Notes: generated by a model not told the origin, from the sequence alone. A DNA stretch of 44,209 nt from Betaproteobacteria bacterium (GCA_037134015.1 JBAXNB010000001.1:1-44209), one strand, 5' to 3'; shown: positions 1 to 9,775, counted from the stretch's first letter. Numbers and translations are program-made.

Positions 1-2639
1 CTCTTGGCGGCCTTGGTTGGGACTTTTTTGGCCGCTGGTGTTTTTTGACTTCCTTTTTTTGCCGGTGCCCCAGTTTTTCTAGGAGGGTATTTGCTTGCAC
101 GCTCTTCGAATTGAAAAGACACTTTTTGCGCTTCAGCGTCCCAGGCCAAAAAGGCCTTGAACGCACGCCTTGTTCTCATGGATACAAATTTTTCCAACAA
201 ATCTGTTTTGCCGTTTTGAAGAAGTTTTTGTATCTGCTCCAACTCAATGGGTTGCTGGAGAACCATCTTGCCTGTTTTAAACTTGCACGTGCTGCTGGCT
301 TGTTCTAGTGTGGACACGGCCTTTTCACAGACGTATTGATTGCCCAACTCGAAAACTTTTCCCCCGCATGCCGGGCAAAGGCCCAAAGACGTTTGGCCTG
401 AAAAATCGTGGAGCTCTCCACTTTCTTCGCTCTTGTCGTCTCCAAAATCAAACTCCAACTTCCAATTGCTCTCTTCTTCGTTGAATTTAAGCACCATCTC
501 AGCGGCAAATGGCCAACCGGCTTTTGATCTGAATCCGTCCAGAGGACCGATTTTTTTGTTTTCCAAGAACGACTCGACCTCAGCGAGCTCAAAAGCCCTG
601 CCAGCGGGTGTCTTGCCAAAAGAAAATCCGCAACCAGCGCTTTGACCATCGACGCCTTGGCAGGTGTAGCGCCGATAATTCTCCTTGACCTGACCATTGC
701 ATTTGGGGCACGGCGTCTTAAGCGTTGCATAGTCACCTGGCACCGTGTCGCGATCGTATTCTTTGGCCTTTTTAACAATGTGCTCCGTCATCTGAGCAAT
801 TTCTTTCATGAAAGACTCCCGGCTGAGCTTGCCGTGTTCGATCAAAGACAATTTATGCTCCCACTCTCCTGTGAGCTCAGGCTTGCTCAACTCCTCGATG
901 CCCAAGCCCCTCAGCAGTGTCATCAACTGAAACGCTTTGGCCATGGGAATCAACTCTCTGGCATCACGGATCATGTATTTTTCATTCAAAAGACCCTCGA
1001 TGATCGCCGCCCTTGTTGCTGGCGTGCCCAAACCTTTTTCCTGCATGGCTTCTCTGAGCTCTTCGTCCTCGACCAACTTTCCGGCCCCTTCCATAGCACC
1101 CAATAAAGTGGCTTCGCTGTACCTGGCTGGAGGTCTGGTTTTTAAGGGTTTGGGCTGTGCTTGAACCACCTTAGCATCTTCACCGGCATTGACTTTCACC
1201 AGCGTTTTGTCAGTGTCGTCCTCCTCGGTGGCCTCTTTACCGTAGATGCTCATCCAGCCAGGATTGACCATGACCTTGCCATCTGTTTTGAAATGATGCG
1301 TTGCCCCTTTGACCTTCACCTGCGTGATTCGCGTGGTGACTAAAAACTCAGCCGAGGGGAAAAAGATCGCCATGAATCGCTTGACCACCAAGTCATAAAT
1401 CTTTTGCTCTGCCTCAGACAAACCCTTGGGCTCCTCTAAGGTAGGAATGATAGCGAAGTGATCGCTTACTTTAGAGTTATCAAAGACACGCTTTGAGGGC
1501 TTGATGTAATTGTTTTTCAAAGCCGTCTCAGCAAAAGGTGACAAGTGTCGCATCGAACTTTCTGCCAACATGCCAAAGGTTTGTTTGACAGTCGGCAAAT
1601 AGTCTTCTGGCAAATGCTTCGAATCGGTTCTTGGATAGGTCAGCGCCTTATGGCGCTCGTACAAACTTTGTGCCAATGAGAGGGTCGTCTTCGCTGAATA
1701 TCCAAAACGGCCGTTGGCCTCTCGTTGCAAGGAGGTCAAGTCAAACAAGGCTGGAGCGGCTTGCGTTGTGGGCTTGCTTTCATCGGTCACCAACCCAGAT
1801 TGCTCTAGCACCGCCTTTGCAATATCAAGCGCCTCTTGTTCGGACCATACGCGGTTGTCTTTCTTCTCTGGATCGTTTTCGTCTTTTTTATGCGCAGGGT
1901 TGATCCACCTGGCAGCATATTGACCCGCTTGCACGGCAAAACTTGCATGAATTTCCCAGAAGTCTCGGCTGACGAATTTCCGAATTTGCTCCTCTCGTTC
2001 GACCACGACCGAGAGCGTTGGCGTTTGCACCCGGCCAACCGTGGTCAAGAAAAACCCTCCATCTCTAGAGTTGAAGGCCGTAAAAGCTCGGGTTCCATTG
2101 ATGCCAACCAACCAGTCTGCCTCAGAGCGACTTCTTGCCGCATCCGCCAAGCCTTGCATCTGTTGCTCAGAACGCAGGCTATCGAAGCCGTCTCGAATCG
2201 CTTGAGGCGTCATTGACTGCAACCAAAGCCTTTTGACCGGTTTTTTAGCGTCCTTCTTTGTTGTGGCAAATTGCTCGATGAGTCGAAAAATCAACTCACC
2301 CTCTCGGCCTGCATCACAGGCGTTGACCAAACTGGTGATGTCCTTGCGCTTGACAAGCTTGACCACAGCACTGAGTCTTGACTTGGTGCGATCTACTGGT
2401 TTGAGATCAAAATGGGGTGGAATAACCGGTAAATGTGCAAAACTCCACTTGCCTCGCTTGACTTCAAACTCCTCAGGCGCTTTGATTTCCAGCAAATGGC
2501 CAACCGCAGAGGTCACCACGAAGGTCTCTGACTCAAAATAGTCATCGAACTTTTCAAACTTTCCTTTTGCTGTCGTTAAAGCACGCACAATGTCTTGTGC
2601 AACCGAGGGTTTTTCGGCAATGACCAGTGTTTTACTCAT
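1..2639 (-). CDS. topB: DNA topoisomerase III (type IA), 3'-partial; runs off the window start
   Basis: Missing from the ORF track because the frame has no stop. Hand translation from the ATG at 2639 gives MSKTLVIAEKPSVAQDI (TOPRIM), NACDAGREGELIF, VGRVQTPTL, catalytic LTYPRTDS (Tyr codon 1635-1637), GLGTPATRA and C-terminal CPKC/CPAC zinc ribbons. It ends in a K/A/P-rich tail (RKTGAPAKKGSQKTPAAKKVPTKAAK). Confidence 0.95.
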   Translation of the reverse strand, partial: MSKTLVIAEKPSVAQDIVRALTTAKGKFEKFDDYFESETFVVTSAVGHLLEIKAPEEFEVKRGKWSFAHLPVIPPHFDLKPVDRTKSRLSAVVKLVKRKDITSLVNACDAGREGELIFRLIEQFATTKKDAKKPVKRLWLQSMTPQAIRDGFDSLRSEQQMQGLADAARSRSEADWLVGINGTRAFTAFNSRDGGFFLTTVGRVQTPTLSVVVEREEQIRKFVSRDFWEIHASFAVQAGQYAARWINPAHKKDENDPEKKDNRVWSEQEALDIAKAVLEQSGLVTDESKPTTQAAPALFDLTSLQREANGRFGYSAKTTLSLAQSLYERHKALTYPRTDSKHLPEDYLPTVKQTFGMLAESSMRHLSPFAETALKNNYIKPSKRVFDNSKVSDHFAIIPTLEEPKGLSEAEQKIYDLVVKRFMAIFFPSAEFLVTTRITQVKVKGATHHFKTDGKVMVNPGWMSIYGKEATEEDDTDKTLVKVNAGEDAKVVQAQPKPLKTRPPARYSEATLLGAMEGAGKLVEDEELREAMQEKGLGTPATRAAIIEGLLNEKYMIRDARELIPMAKAFQLMTLLRGLGIEELSKPELTGEWEHKLSLIEHGKLSRESFMKEIAQMTEHIVKKAKEYDRDTVPGDYATLKTPCPKCNGQVKENYRRYTCQGVDGQSAGCGFSFGKTPAGRAFELAEVESFLENKKIGPLDGFRSKAGWPFAAEMVLKFNEEESNWKLEFDFGDDKSEESGELHDFSGQTSLGLCPACGGKVFELGNQYVCEKAVSTLEQASSTCKFKTGKMVLQQPIELEQIQKLLQNGKTDLLEKFVSMRTRRAFKAFLAWDAEAQKVSFQFEERASKYPPRKTGAPAKKGSQKTPAAKKVPTKAAK

Positions 2640-2771
2640 TCAGTTGGATTCCTTCATGCACCGCATTGTGCCGTTTTTTTCATCGATTGAGCTTAAAGCC
2701 TTTAAAATTGTCTACGGTTAAACGTCCATATTTAACAACCATACCATCTTTTTTCGAATTGAGCACCCCAG

Positions 2772-3254
2772 TTGACTACCCCATCTAAACCTCCAAAATC
2801 CTCTCATCGCATCCAAACCAGGCGCTCAGGCGTTCATGGAAAGGGTGTTTTTGCTTTGGTCAATATCCCAAAAGGTGAGGTCATCATTGAGTACAAGGGA
2901 GAGATCATTTCTTGGCAACAAGCGCAAGATCGACACCCCCACAACCCTTTAGAGCCCAACCATACCTTTTATTTCCATATCAATGAAGACCATGTGATCG
3001 ATGGCGGCGTTCAGGGTAACAGCTCACGCTGGATCAACCACTCTTGCAACCCCAACTGCGAAGCCGATGAAATTGGAGAGCATGTGTTCATCAAGGCCAT
3101 CAAGAACATCAAGGCAGGCGATGAGCTCAATTATGATTATGGTCTTATCATTGATGAACGTTACACGCCAAAGCTCAAGGCAGAATATCCTTGTTGGTGC
3201 GGTTCAAAGAAATGTCGGGGAACGCTTTTAGCACCCAAACGAGTTAAAAAATAG
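2772..3254 (+). CDS. SET-domain protein-lysine methyltransferase with post-SET Cys motif
   Basis: SGVHGKGVFA (GxG motif I), RWINHSCNPN, ELNYDY and post-SET CWCGSKKCRG; TTG start. Confidence 0.93.
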   Translation: MTTPSKPPKSSHRIQTRRSGVHGKGVFALVNIPKGEVIIEYKGEIISWQQAQDRHPHNPLEPNHTFYFHINEDHVIDGGVQGNSSRWINHSCNPNCEADEIGEHVFIKAIKNIKAGDELNYDYGLIIDERYTPKLKAEYPCWCGSKKCRGTLLAPKRVKK

Positions 3255-3320
3255 TCACCCGCTAAGCATTGAGCCTTTTGTATTTTTGCATCTTCTTTTT
3301 TCGCTTGAACTTTTCTTATT

Positions 3321-4148
3321 TTGCTAAGCGCTCACCATCTTCAAGCACACTTATCAGACAAGTTGGCTACCTTGGGCTTGTCATGGGACGTTGAAGTGTT
3401 GGACACGGTCGATTCAACTTCCACCGAGTTGATGAGACAAACCAAGCTGGATCCTCAGGTCGCCCTCAACCCCAAGGTCTTGGTCTCCTTGGAGCAAACC
3501 CAGGGCAGGGGAAGAAGAGGTAACTCCTGGACCTCCAACAAAGAGGACTCCTTGACCTTTTCTCTAGGTCTTCAGCTCCAACCCGTCAGTTGGCTTGGGC
3601 TGTCGCTATGTGTAGGGCTTGATCTGCTCCAAAGTCTGGATCCCGTGCAAAACTTGGGTCTACAACTGAAGTGGCCCAACGATGTTTGGGTTGACAAAGC
3701 AGAGCGATTCCATAAATTGGCTGGAATTTTGATTGAAACCCAACAGCCTCAGGCAGACACCCGGCTATCGCCGCCCCATGCGCGCTATTGCGTCATCGGC
3801 ATTGGGGTCAATTTCAACGCACCCGCCTTGCTCACAAGCACCTCCCTTGCCAGCCCAATAGGCCTTTGCGACTTGGGGTCCCCTTTGAGCCGCCAAGACG
3901 TGATCCTCCAAGTGGTGAGCAAGCTGAGCGTTACGTTAAAGCAATTTGAAACCGAAGGCTTTTCGTGTTTTAAAGAGCGTTTTGACCAAGTTGACTTCCT
4001 CAAAAACCGACATATTTTTTTGAGCGATGGCACAACGGGTCGCTGCCTAGGCGTCAACCAGCATGGAGAGTTGCTCGTTTTACAAAACTCAGAGATTCGC
4101 ACCATCGTCAGCATGGACGTGAGCGTTCGCCCTTTAAAGACCTCTTGA
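3321..4148 (+). CDS. birA: Biotin--[acetyl-CoA-carboxylase] ligase (no N-terminal HTH)
   Basis: VDSTS, QTQGRGRRG, KWPND, KLAGILIE and IGIGVN motifs. Start codon uncertain. Confidence 0.93.
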   Translation: MLSAHHLQAHLSDKLATLGLSWDVEVLDTVDSTSTELMRQTKLDPQVALNPKVLVSLEQTQGRGRRGNSWTSNKEDSLTFSLGLQLQPVSWLGLSLCVGLDLLQSLDPVQNLGLQLKWPNDVWVDKAERFHKLAGILIETQQPQADTRLSPPHARYCVIGIGVNFNAPALLTSTSLASPIGLCDLGSPLSRQDVILQVVSKLSVTLKQFETEGFSCFKERFDQVDFLKNRHIFLSDGTTGRCLGVNQHGELLVLQNSEIRTIVSMDVSVRPLKTS

Positions 4149-4161
4149 TGAAGCCGTGGCT

Positions 4162-5676
4162 TCAAGCCATTTCAAAGACCACGCGAACTCTCAAGCCTTT
4201 GAGTTTTGGTGCATCACTTTTAAAAGTGCTGGACGGGCCCTTGAGGGTTGCTGGCAGATCGGTTTGCGCATCTTCGAGATAAATATGTGCTTGGTGTTGA
4301 TCAGCAATTTCTTTGACGATCGACAAGCCAAGGCCTGAGCCATCGACTTCGCCACCCAGCCCAAGGCTTCTGTAAAAGGGCTGGAAAACAAGCTCCTTTT
4401 CTGACTCTGAGATGCCTGGACCAGAGTCTTCAATGACAAAACTCAAAAGCCCATTTTTAAAGTCTCGGTGTATGCCAAGATTGATCACCCCGGGTTGGTG
4501 TGCATCTGAGGGCGTGTAGTTGATGGCGTTTTCTAACAGGTTACGTATCATTTCCTTGAGCAAGATTGGGTTGCCCTCGACCTTTGCAGATTTCGTCGAG
4601 TCGTCTTCGTTGTGATAGCCAAGATCAATGTACTTTTGTGCAGCCAAAGGCCACGTTTCTTGTAACACTTCTTCCACCAAGGGGCCTAAATCACAGAGGA
4701 CCTTTGCTATCGATTGAGCGCCCACCTCAGCACGAGCCAAGGACAACAATTGGTTCACCATGCGGGTTGCCCGCACACTGGACAATCCAATCAATTTAAG
4801 TGTGTGCCTGAGTTCGGTGTTGGATAAATTTTCAGTTTGCGCCAACTCTGCCTGCATTCGAAGTCCAGCAAGTGGCGTTTTTAGCTGATGCGCGGCATCG
4901 GCTAAAAATCTTTTTTTGGTCTCAATGGAACTCTTTAATCTGGCCAAGAGCTCATTGATCGACGTCACCAGTGGCATGACTTCAAAAGGCATGATCCGAT
5001 CATCCAATGGGCTCAAGTCATCGGGCTTTCTTTTTCTGATGTGCTCTTCTAGTCGTCTTAAAGGCTGAAGGCCTCTGGCCAGCGCTATCCAAAGCACCAA
5101 GATCGCCAAGGGCAGAATGGCAAATTGCGGCAACATCACCCCTTTGACAATCTCCTGGGCCAGCAAGCTTCTTTTCTCGAACGACTCGGCCACTTGCAAC
5201 AGCACCAGTCGATCAAAGGACTGCTTGTCATGACTTAGAGCACCTTTTTCCAAGGGTAACTTGAACCATTGATGTGCAACCCTTATTTGCTGGCCCTTGT
5301 GATGTTCGTCCCTGAATCGGATTTCTAAATTCAAAAAGTCCTCTTCGTCTTCTGGCTCAGGTAAGGCCTCCCCCGCCATCAGTGGGCCGGTAAAAGACCG
5401 AACTTCAAAGTAGATTTTGTTGGCCCCATCGGCTTTGTTCATGAACTCTGAGGCCGCACTCAGGCGTTGGGAAGTCTCCTTATCTGGATCCTCCAAAATG
5501 GCCTCCAACACATGCATGGTCTGCTCTAAACCTCGGTCGTAGGGCTTGTTGGCAAGACCCATCGCAACCAACCAAGTCAGCGCCAAACTGATCGGCCATA
5601 AAAGCAACAACGGTATCAGCATCCAATCCAAGATGCCGCCAAACAAGGAGGTTTGCTCGCGTTGAAAAATTTTCAC
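4162..5676 (-). CDS. Two-component sensor histidine kinase (TctE/QseC-like)
   Basis: Two TM segments, HAMP-like linker, H-box FLADAAHQLKTPL, N-box NLLENAINY, G1 EDSGPGI, G2 GSGLGLSIV. Confidence 0.92.
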   Translation of the reverse strand: MKIFQREQTSLFGGILDWMLIPLLLLWPISLALTWLVAMGLANKPYDRGLEQTMHVLEAILEDPDKETSQRLSAASEFMNKADGANKIYFEVRSFTGPLMAGEALPEPEDEEDFLNLEIRFRDEHHKGQQIRVAHQWFKLPLEKGALSHDKQSFDRLVLLQVAESFEKRSLLAQEIVKGVMLPQFAILPLAILVLWIALARGLQPLRRLEEHIRKRKPDDLSPLDDRIMPFEVMPLVTSINELLARLKSSIETKKRFLADAAHQLKTPLAGLRMQAELAQTENLSNTELRHTLKLIGLSSVRATRMVNQLLSLARAEVGAQSIAKVLCDLGPLVEEVLQETWPLAAQKYIDLGYHNEDDSTKSAKVEGNPILLKEMIRNLLENAINYTPSDAHQPGVINLGIHRDFKNGLLSFVIEDSGPGISESEKELVFQPFYRSLGLGGEVDGSGLGLSIVKEIADQHQAHIYLEDAQTDLPATLKGPSSTFKSDAPKLKGLRVRVVFEMA

Positions 5677-5750
5677 AAAGATCTACTTGTTCTTGACTTT
5701 AACGCTCTTGGGTGCTGATGCATTGATGCCTTGATGTGTGCACCAAGGCG

Positions 5751-6425
5751 TTAGCTGGAAATTTTTTCAAGGCAATAACCCAAACCCCGAACCGTCACGA
5801 TTCTGATGGGGCCCCTTTCGATTTTTTTCCGCAAACGATGGATGTAGACCTCAATAGCGTTGTTGCTGACCTCTTCACCCCACTCACACAGGCGCTCGAC
5901 CAATTGATCTTTGCTCACCAATCGTCCCGTTCTTTGTAAAAGAACCTCGAGCAAACCCAACTCCCGAGCCGACAGATCAATCATCTTGCCCTCAATCGTG
6001 GCCACCCGACCAGCTTGGTCATAGATCATGGGTCCGTGCTTGATGAGTGCGCTGTTGCCCCCCATTCCCCTTCTGATCAAGGCCCGCACTCTGGCTTGCA
6101 ATTCCTCCAAAGAAAAGGGCTTGGCCATGTAGTCATCGGCACCATAATCCAAGCCTTTGACCCGCTCTTCTATCGCATCGGCAGCGGTTAAAATAAGAAC
6201 CGGGCAGGAACTGCCTCTTGCTCTTAAACGCTTCAAGACCTCAAGACCATGAAGCTTGGGTAAGCCCAAGTCCAGAATCAGTAAATCAAACTCATCTGTA
6301 CTGGTCAGCGCCGCATCGGCTTCGCTGCCACTGACCACATGGTCAATGACGGCTCCCGATGAGCGAAGGCTTCTCAGCAAGCCATCCGCTAAAACTTGGT
6401 CATCTTCTGCTATCAAAATTCGCAC
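5751..6425 (-). CDS. OmpR-family response regulator (TctD-like)
   Basis: RILIAEDD, LDLGLP and KPF receiver motifs; winged helix VYIHRLRKK...TVRGLGY. Start moved to the GTG at 6425, which follows a GGAGG Shine-Dalgarno. Confidence 0.93.
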   Translation of the reverse strand: MRILIAEDDQVLADGLLRSLRSSGAVIDHVVSGSEADAALTSTDEFDLLILDLGLPKLHGLEVLKRLRARGSSCPVLILTAADAIEERVKGLDYGADDYMAKPFSLEELQARVRALIRRGMGGNSALIKHGPMIYDQAGRVATIEGKMIDLSARELGLLEVLLQRTGRLVSKDQLVERLCEWGEEVSNNAIEVYIHRLRKKIERGPIRIVTVRGLGYCLEKISS

Positions 6426-6460
6426 AATGAGGACCTCCAATGGTATGAACAAACCTCATT

Positions 6461-6973
6461 TTAGAACTCATTGCGCTTGTTGCGCTGAGAATCTGCATAA
6501 ACCTCTAATCCTAGACTTATGACCGTCGCAACCTCAAGCCCCACCTCAAGCTTGAACTCTTGTTCGGCTTGTAGGACCGCCAACTCAAAGGCCCTTAACC
6601 ACGAGATGCCAAGCGCTGTGAATTGAATTTTTTTAGCCCTTTTATCAACCACATCGGGGTCTTTGAAAACCAAGCCCCAGGCCTCACATTGATCGACCAA
6701 TTGAGCCATGGCTTGCTTGCTCATGCCCGCACTTTGTGCCAGTTGCGTCAACTGCGCCCCTTCAAGCGGTAAATGCCTTGTGATGTGAACATGCGCAGCA
6801 CTGACTTGCCCTCGGCTGGCCAAGTTCGACAAGGCCAAAGGCACCCTCACATCGTGCGACATCAAGTCGTACACGCGCTCATCAAACCTTCGCATCGACT
6901 GACCCAACAACCGGCCTAAATGGTTTTGTCTCCAGTCTGGAAAACTGCTGTGCGTGGACTCGACTTTTTTCAT
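6461..6973 (-). CDS. MarR-family transcriptional regulator
   Basis: wHTH pattern LTQLAQSAGMSKQAMAQLVDQCEAWGLV...DKRAK; divergent from recA. Confidence 0.85.
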   Translation of the reverse strand: MKKVESTHSSFPDWRQNHLGRLLGQSMRRFDERVYDLMSHDVRVPLALSNLASRGQVSAAHVHITRHLPLEGAQLTQLAQSAGMSKQAMAQLVDQCEAWGLVFKDPDVVDKRAKKIQFTALGISWLRAFELAVLQAEQEFKLEVGLEVATVISLGLEVYADSQRNKRNEF

Positions 6974-6988
6974 CAAATCGAGTATACC

Positions 6989-7013
6989 ATTTAGTCAAGT
7001 AAACTGACTAAAT
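6989..7013. promoter_or_regulatory. Perfect 9-bp inverted repeat ATTTAGTCA-N7-TGACTAAAT; probable MarR operator
   Basis: Read directly from the sequence. It abuts an extended -10 (TGgTATACT, minus strand 6981-6989) of the marR gene. Function is inferred. Confidence 0.6.
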
Positions 7014-7049
7014 TTTCTATTTACAAGTTGCAACACTTCAGATAAATTA

Positions 7050-7065
7050 CTGTTTAAGCATCCAG
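7050..7065. promoter_or_regulatory. LexA (SOS) box upstream of recA
   Basis: CTGTTTAAGCATCCAG fits CTG-N10-CAG (taCTGT...CAGt) and lies 58 bp before the recA ATG. Confidence 0.85.
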
Positions 7066-7123
7066 TTGTTTTGGGTGCCACCAGTTTTCAAATTTATAAA
7101 CCACTGATTTTTAAGGAAATTTT

Positions 7124-8197
7124 ATGGACGCACCCGTTAAAGGCCTCACCGCAACTACTGAAAAAAACAAAGCCCTTCAAGCCGCGCTTGCTCAAATTGA
7201 GAAGCAATTTGGCAAAGGAACCATCATGCGACTGGGTGAGGGCGAGGTGATCGAAGACATCCAAGTGGTCTCAACAGGGTCTTTGGGATTGGACATTGCC
7301 TTAGGGGTAGGTGGATTGCCAAGAGGACGTGTCATCGAAATTTATGGCCCTGAGTCATCAGGCAAAACTACCCTAACGCTCCAAGTGATTGCAGAAATGC
7401 AAAAACAAAACGGCACGTGCGCATTTGTGGATGCCGAGCATGCATTGGATATTCAATATGCTCAAAAATTAGGCGTGAATTTACAAGACCTGTTGATCTC
7501 TCAGCCCGACACCGGCGAGCAAGCGCTTGAGATTGTGGACAGCTTGGTGCGCTCTGGGGCCGTTGACCTCATCGTGATCGACTCGGTCGCCGCACTCACG
7601 CCCAAGGCCGAACTTGAAGGTGACATGGGCGACTCTTTACCAGGCCTACAAGCCAGGCTCATGAGCCAAGCCCTGAGAAAGCTCACCGCGACCATCAAAA
7701 AAACCAATTGCATGGTCATTTTCATCAACCAAATTCGGATGAAAATTGGCGTCATGTTTGGCTCCCCAGAAACCACAACGGGAGGAAATGCTTTGAAATT
7801 CTACGCGTCCGTTCGCCTTGACATCCGCAGGACCGGCACCATCAAAAAAGGCGAAGAAGCCATTGGCAACGAGACAAAAGTCAAAGTCGTCAAAAACAAA
7901 GTGGCCCCTCCCTTTAAAACCGCCGAGTTTGACATCTTGTTTGGCGAAGGCATCTCTAGACACGGTGAAGTCATTGATCTGGGTGTCACGGCTCGTATCA
8001 TTGACAAATCTGGCGCTTGGTACGCTTACAACGGTGAAAAAATTGGACAAGGCCGTGACAATTCTCGTGAATTCTTGCGTGAAAACCCAGCTCTTGCGCA
8101 TGAGATCGAAAACAAGGTGCGCGAATCCCTTGGTATCCCTGCAGTGCCAATGGCACTCAGCAGCCCACCTAGCGCGAGCGCTGCAAAAGAGGAGTGA
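7124..8197 (+). CDS. recA: Recombinase RecA
   Basis: GPESSGKTT Walker [35 protein letters not shown]. Confidence 0.99.
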   Translation: MDAPVKGLTATTEKNKALQAALAQIEKQFGKGTIMRLGEGEVIEDIQVVSTGSLGLDIALGVGGLPRGRVIEIYGPESSGKTTLTLQVIAEMQKQNGTCAFVDAEHALDIQYAQKLGVNLQDLLISQPDTGEQALEIVDSLVRSGAVDLIVIDSVAALTPKAELEGDMGDSLPGLQARLMSQALRKLTATIKKTNCMVIFINQIRMKIGVMFGSPETTTGGNALKFYASVRLDIRRTGTIKKGEEAIGNETKVKVVKNKVAPPFKTAEFDILFGEGISRHGEVIDLGVTARIIDKSGAWYAYNGEKIGQGRDNSREFLRENPALAHEIENKVRESLGIPAVPMALSSPPSASAAKEE

Positions 8198-8288
8198 AGC
8201 TTCACGCATCGCCTTGACCTCTTGCATCATGACAAGACCGTACCACTGCCACACACACTTACAACAACCCATTCGTCTTATCCTCACG

Positions 8289-8323
8289 CCAATTCACGTT
8301 GCAATCGACTTGCCGTGAATTGG
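8289..8323 (+). other. Stem-loop between recA and recX
   Basis: 10-bp stem CCAATTCACG...CGTGAATTGG with an inner GCAA/TTGC stem; no U-tract. Confidence 0.55.
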
Positions 8324-8341
8324 TCCTCATGATTGCTCACC

Positions 8342-8833
8342 ATGTTCAACCGCCAACATAGAAATTTCCCACTCCTCAGCCTCAAATCTCGCGCCTTAAG
8401 AGCCCTTTCACAACGAGACTACTCTCGACAAGAATTGCTTCTTAAACTCACCCCCTACGCCACCGATGAGGGCGAGCTCGAACGGCTGCTCAATGAATTA
8501 GAGCTCAAAGATTTTTTAAATGAAAAACGCAACGCTCAATCGATCGCACTTAGAAAGGAGAGCAAGCTAGGCGTGCGTCGAATTCATGCGGAGATGAAAC
8601 AAAAGGGCGTGCCAAGCGATGTGGCCGAGAGCGTCTTGCAAGAGTTAAAAGCAACGGAGATAGAGCGAGCTCAAGCACTGTGGCTTAAAAAGTTTGGACA
8701 ACCACCAAGGACCCAAAAGGAAACGGATCAACAAATGCGCTTCATGATAACGAGGGGGTTTTCCAGCTCACTTCTCAAAGGAATTTACGCCTCCTGCAAA
8801 GAGAAAGCCGAGCGTGAGCAAGAAGAGAAATAA
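8342..8833 (+). CDS. recX: Recombination regulator RecX
   Basis: SLKSRALRALSQRDYSRQEL, GVRRIHAEMKQKG, RFMITRGFS; lies downstream of recA. ATG at 8342 preferred over TTG at 8333. Confidence 0.92.
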   Translation: MFNRQHRNFPLLSLKSRALRALSQRDYSRQELLLKLTPYATDEGELERLLNELELKDFLNEKRNAQSIALRKESKLGVRRIHAEMKQKGVPSDVAESVLQELKATEIERAQALWLKKFGQPPRTQKETDQQMRFMITRGFSSSLLKGIYASCKEKAEREQEEK

Positions 8834-8842
8834 AATGGCTTT

Positions 8843-9775
8843 CTAGGGCCTTAAGGGCTCCAAGCCAAGCATCAAATGCAAGTTCTGAACCGCAGCGCCA
8901 CTCGCACCTTTTCCTAAATTATCAAGCCTGGCCATCAAGACCAGGTGGCCTTTGTCTGTATTTTCAAAAACCGCAATTTCTAAACGATTGGTGTTGTTCA
9001 AAACTGTCGCATCAAAATGGAGTTCAGTCTCTTTTGGCAAGACACTTACAAAACTGTTTCGTATTGAATGGTAATGGCTGATGTACGTCTGGCGGATTTT
9101 CTGAGCGGTCACGCCCTGAGACAGTTGCTCCAAGTGAAGTGGCAATTGCACCACCATCCCTTGCCTAAAGTTGCCAACGCAGGGGACAAACAAAGGGCGC
9201 TTTTGCAAGCCTGAGAACTTCATGATTTCTGGAATGTGTTTGTGCTCAAGGTTCAAAGCATAGAAGTCCATCAACGGAGCATGGCCTGCCTCATAAGCCT
9301 CAATCATCGTCTTGCCACCACCTGAGTAACCGCTCACACTGGGCAAATTCAATGGCAAATCAGAGGGCAACAGACCAGCCTGCATGAGCGGTCGCAACAG
9401 CGCAATGGCGCCCGTGGCATAGCAGCCTGGATTGGCGACTTTTTGCGCCAGTCTGATCAAATTCTCTTGGCCTGGATCGAGCTCGGGAAAACCATAAACC
9501 CAGTCGGTGTGCGTGCGATGCGCTGTGGACGCATCGATGATCTTGGGTTTTTGATCTCCCATTTGATCGATCAATTCAACGGATTGTCTAGCGGCATCGT
9601 CATGCAAACACAGAATGACCAAATCCGCTCTCGCCATGATTGCCAACTTGGCTTGTGGATCTTTGCGCTCAGACGGCGCAAGCGACAAGATCTCCAACTC
9701 CTTGATGGCCAGCAGTTGGCTTTTGATCTGAAGCCCCGTGGTTCCAGCCTCGCCGTCGATGAAAATTTTGTTCAT
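8843..9775 (-). CDS. argC: N-acetyl-gamma-glutamyl-phosphate reductase (short 'uncommon' form)
   Basis: IDGEAGTTG, IIDASTAHR, ANPGCY (catalytic Cys), SGYSGGG, DNLGKGASGAAVQN. Confidence 0.96.
   Translation of the reverse strand: MNKIFIDGEAGTTGLQIKSQLLAIKELEILSLAPSERKDPQAKLAIMARADLVILCLHDDAARQSVELIDQMGDQKPKIIDASTAHRTHTDWVYGFPELDPGQENLIRLAQKVANPGCYATGAIALLRPLMQAGLLPSDLPLNLPSVSGYSGGGKTMIEAYEAGHAPLMDFYALNLEHKHIPEIMKFSGLQKRPLFVPCVGNFRQGMVVQLPLHLEQLSQGVTAQKIRQTYISHYHSIRNSFVSVLPKETELHFDATVLNNTNRLEIAVFENTDKGHLVLMARLDNLGKGASGAAVQNLHLMLGLEPLRP

Noticed and set aside
45-2541. Many short ORFs listed on both strands
   Set aside because: They are shadows of the uninterrupted minus-strand topB frame, which the track missed because it has no stop in the window.
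5707-5750. Short TGATG repeats and a GCCTTG...CAAGGC hairpin between the response regulator and kinase
   Set aside because: Only three 5-mers and a weak stem; too short to distinguish from chance.
7646-8318. 213-aa antisense and 166-aa alternate-frame ORFs over recA
   Set aside because: No recognisable motifs; expected from codon bias in a highly expressed gene.
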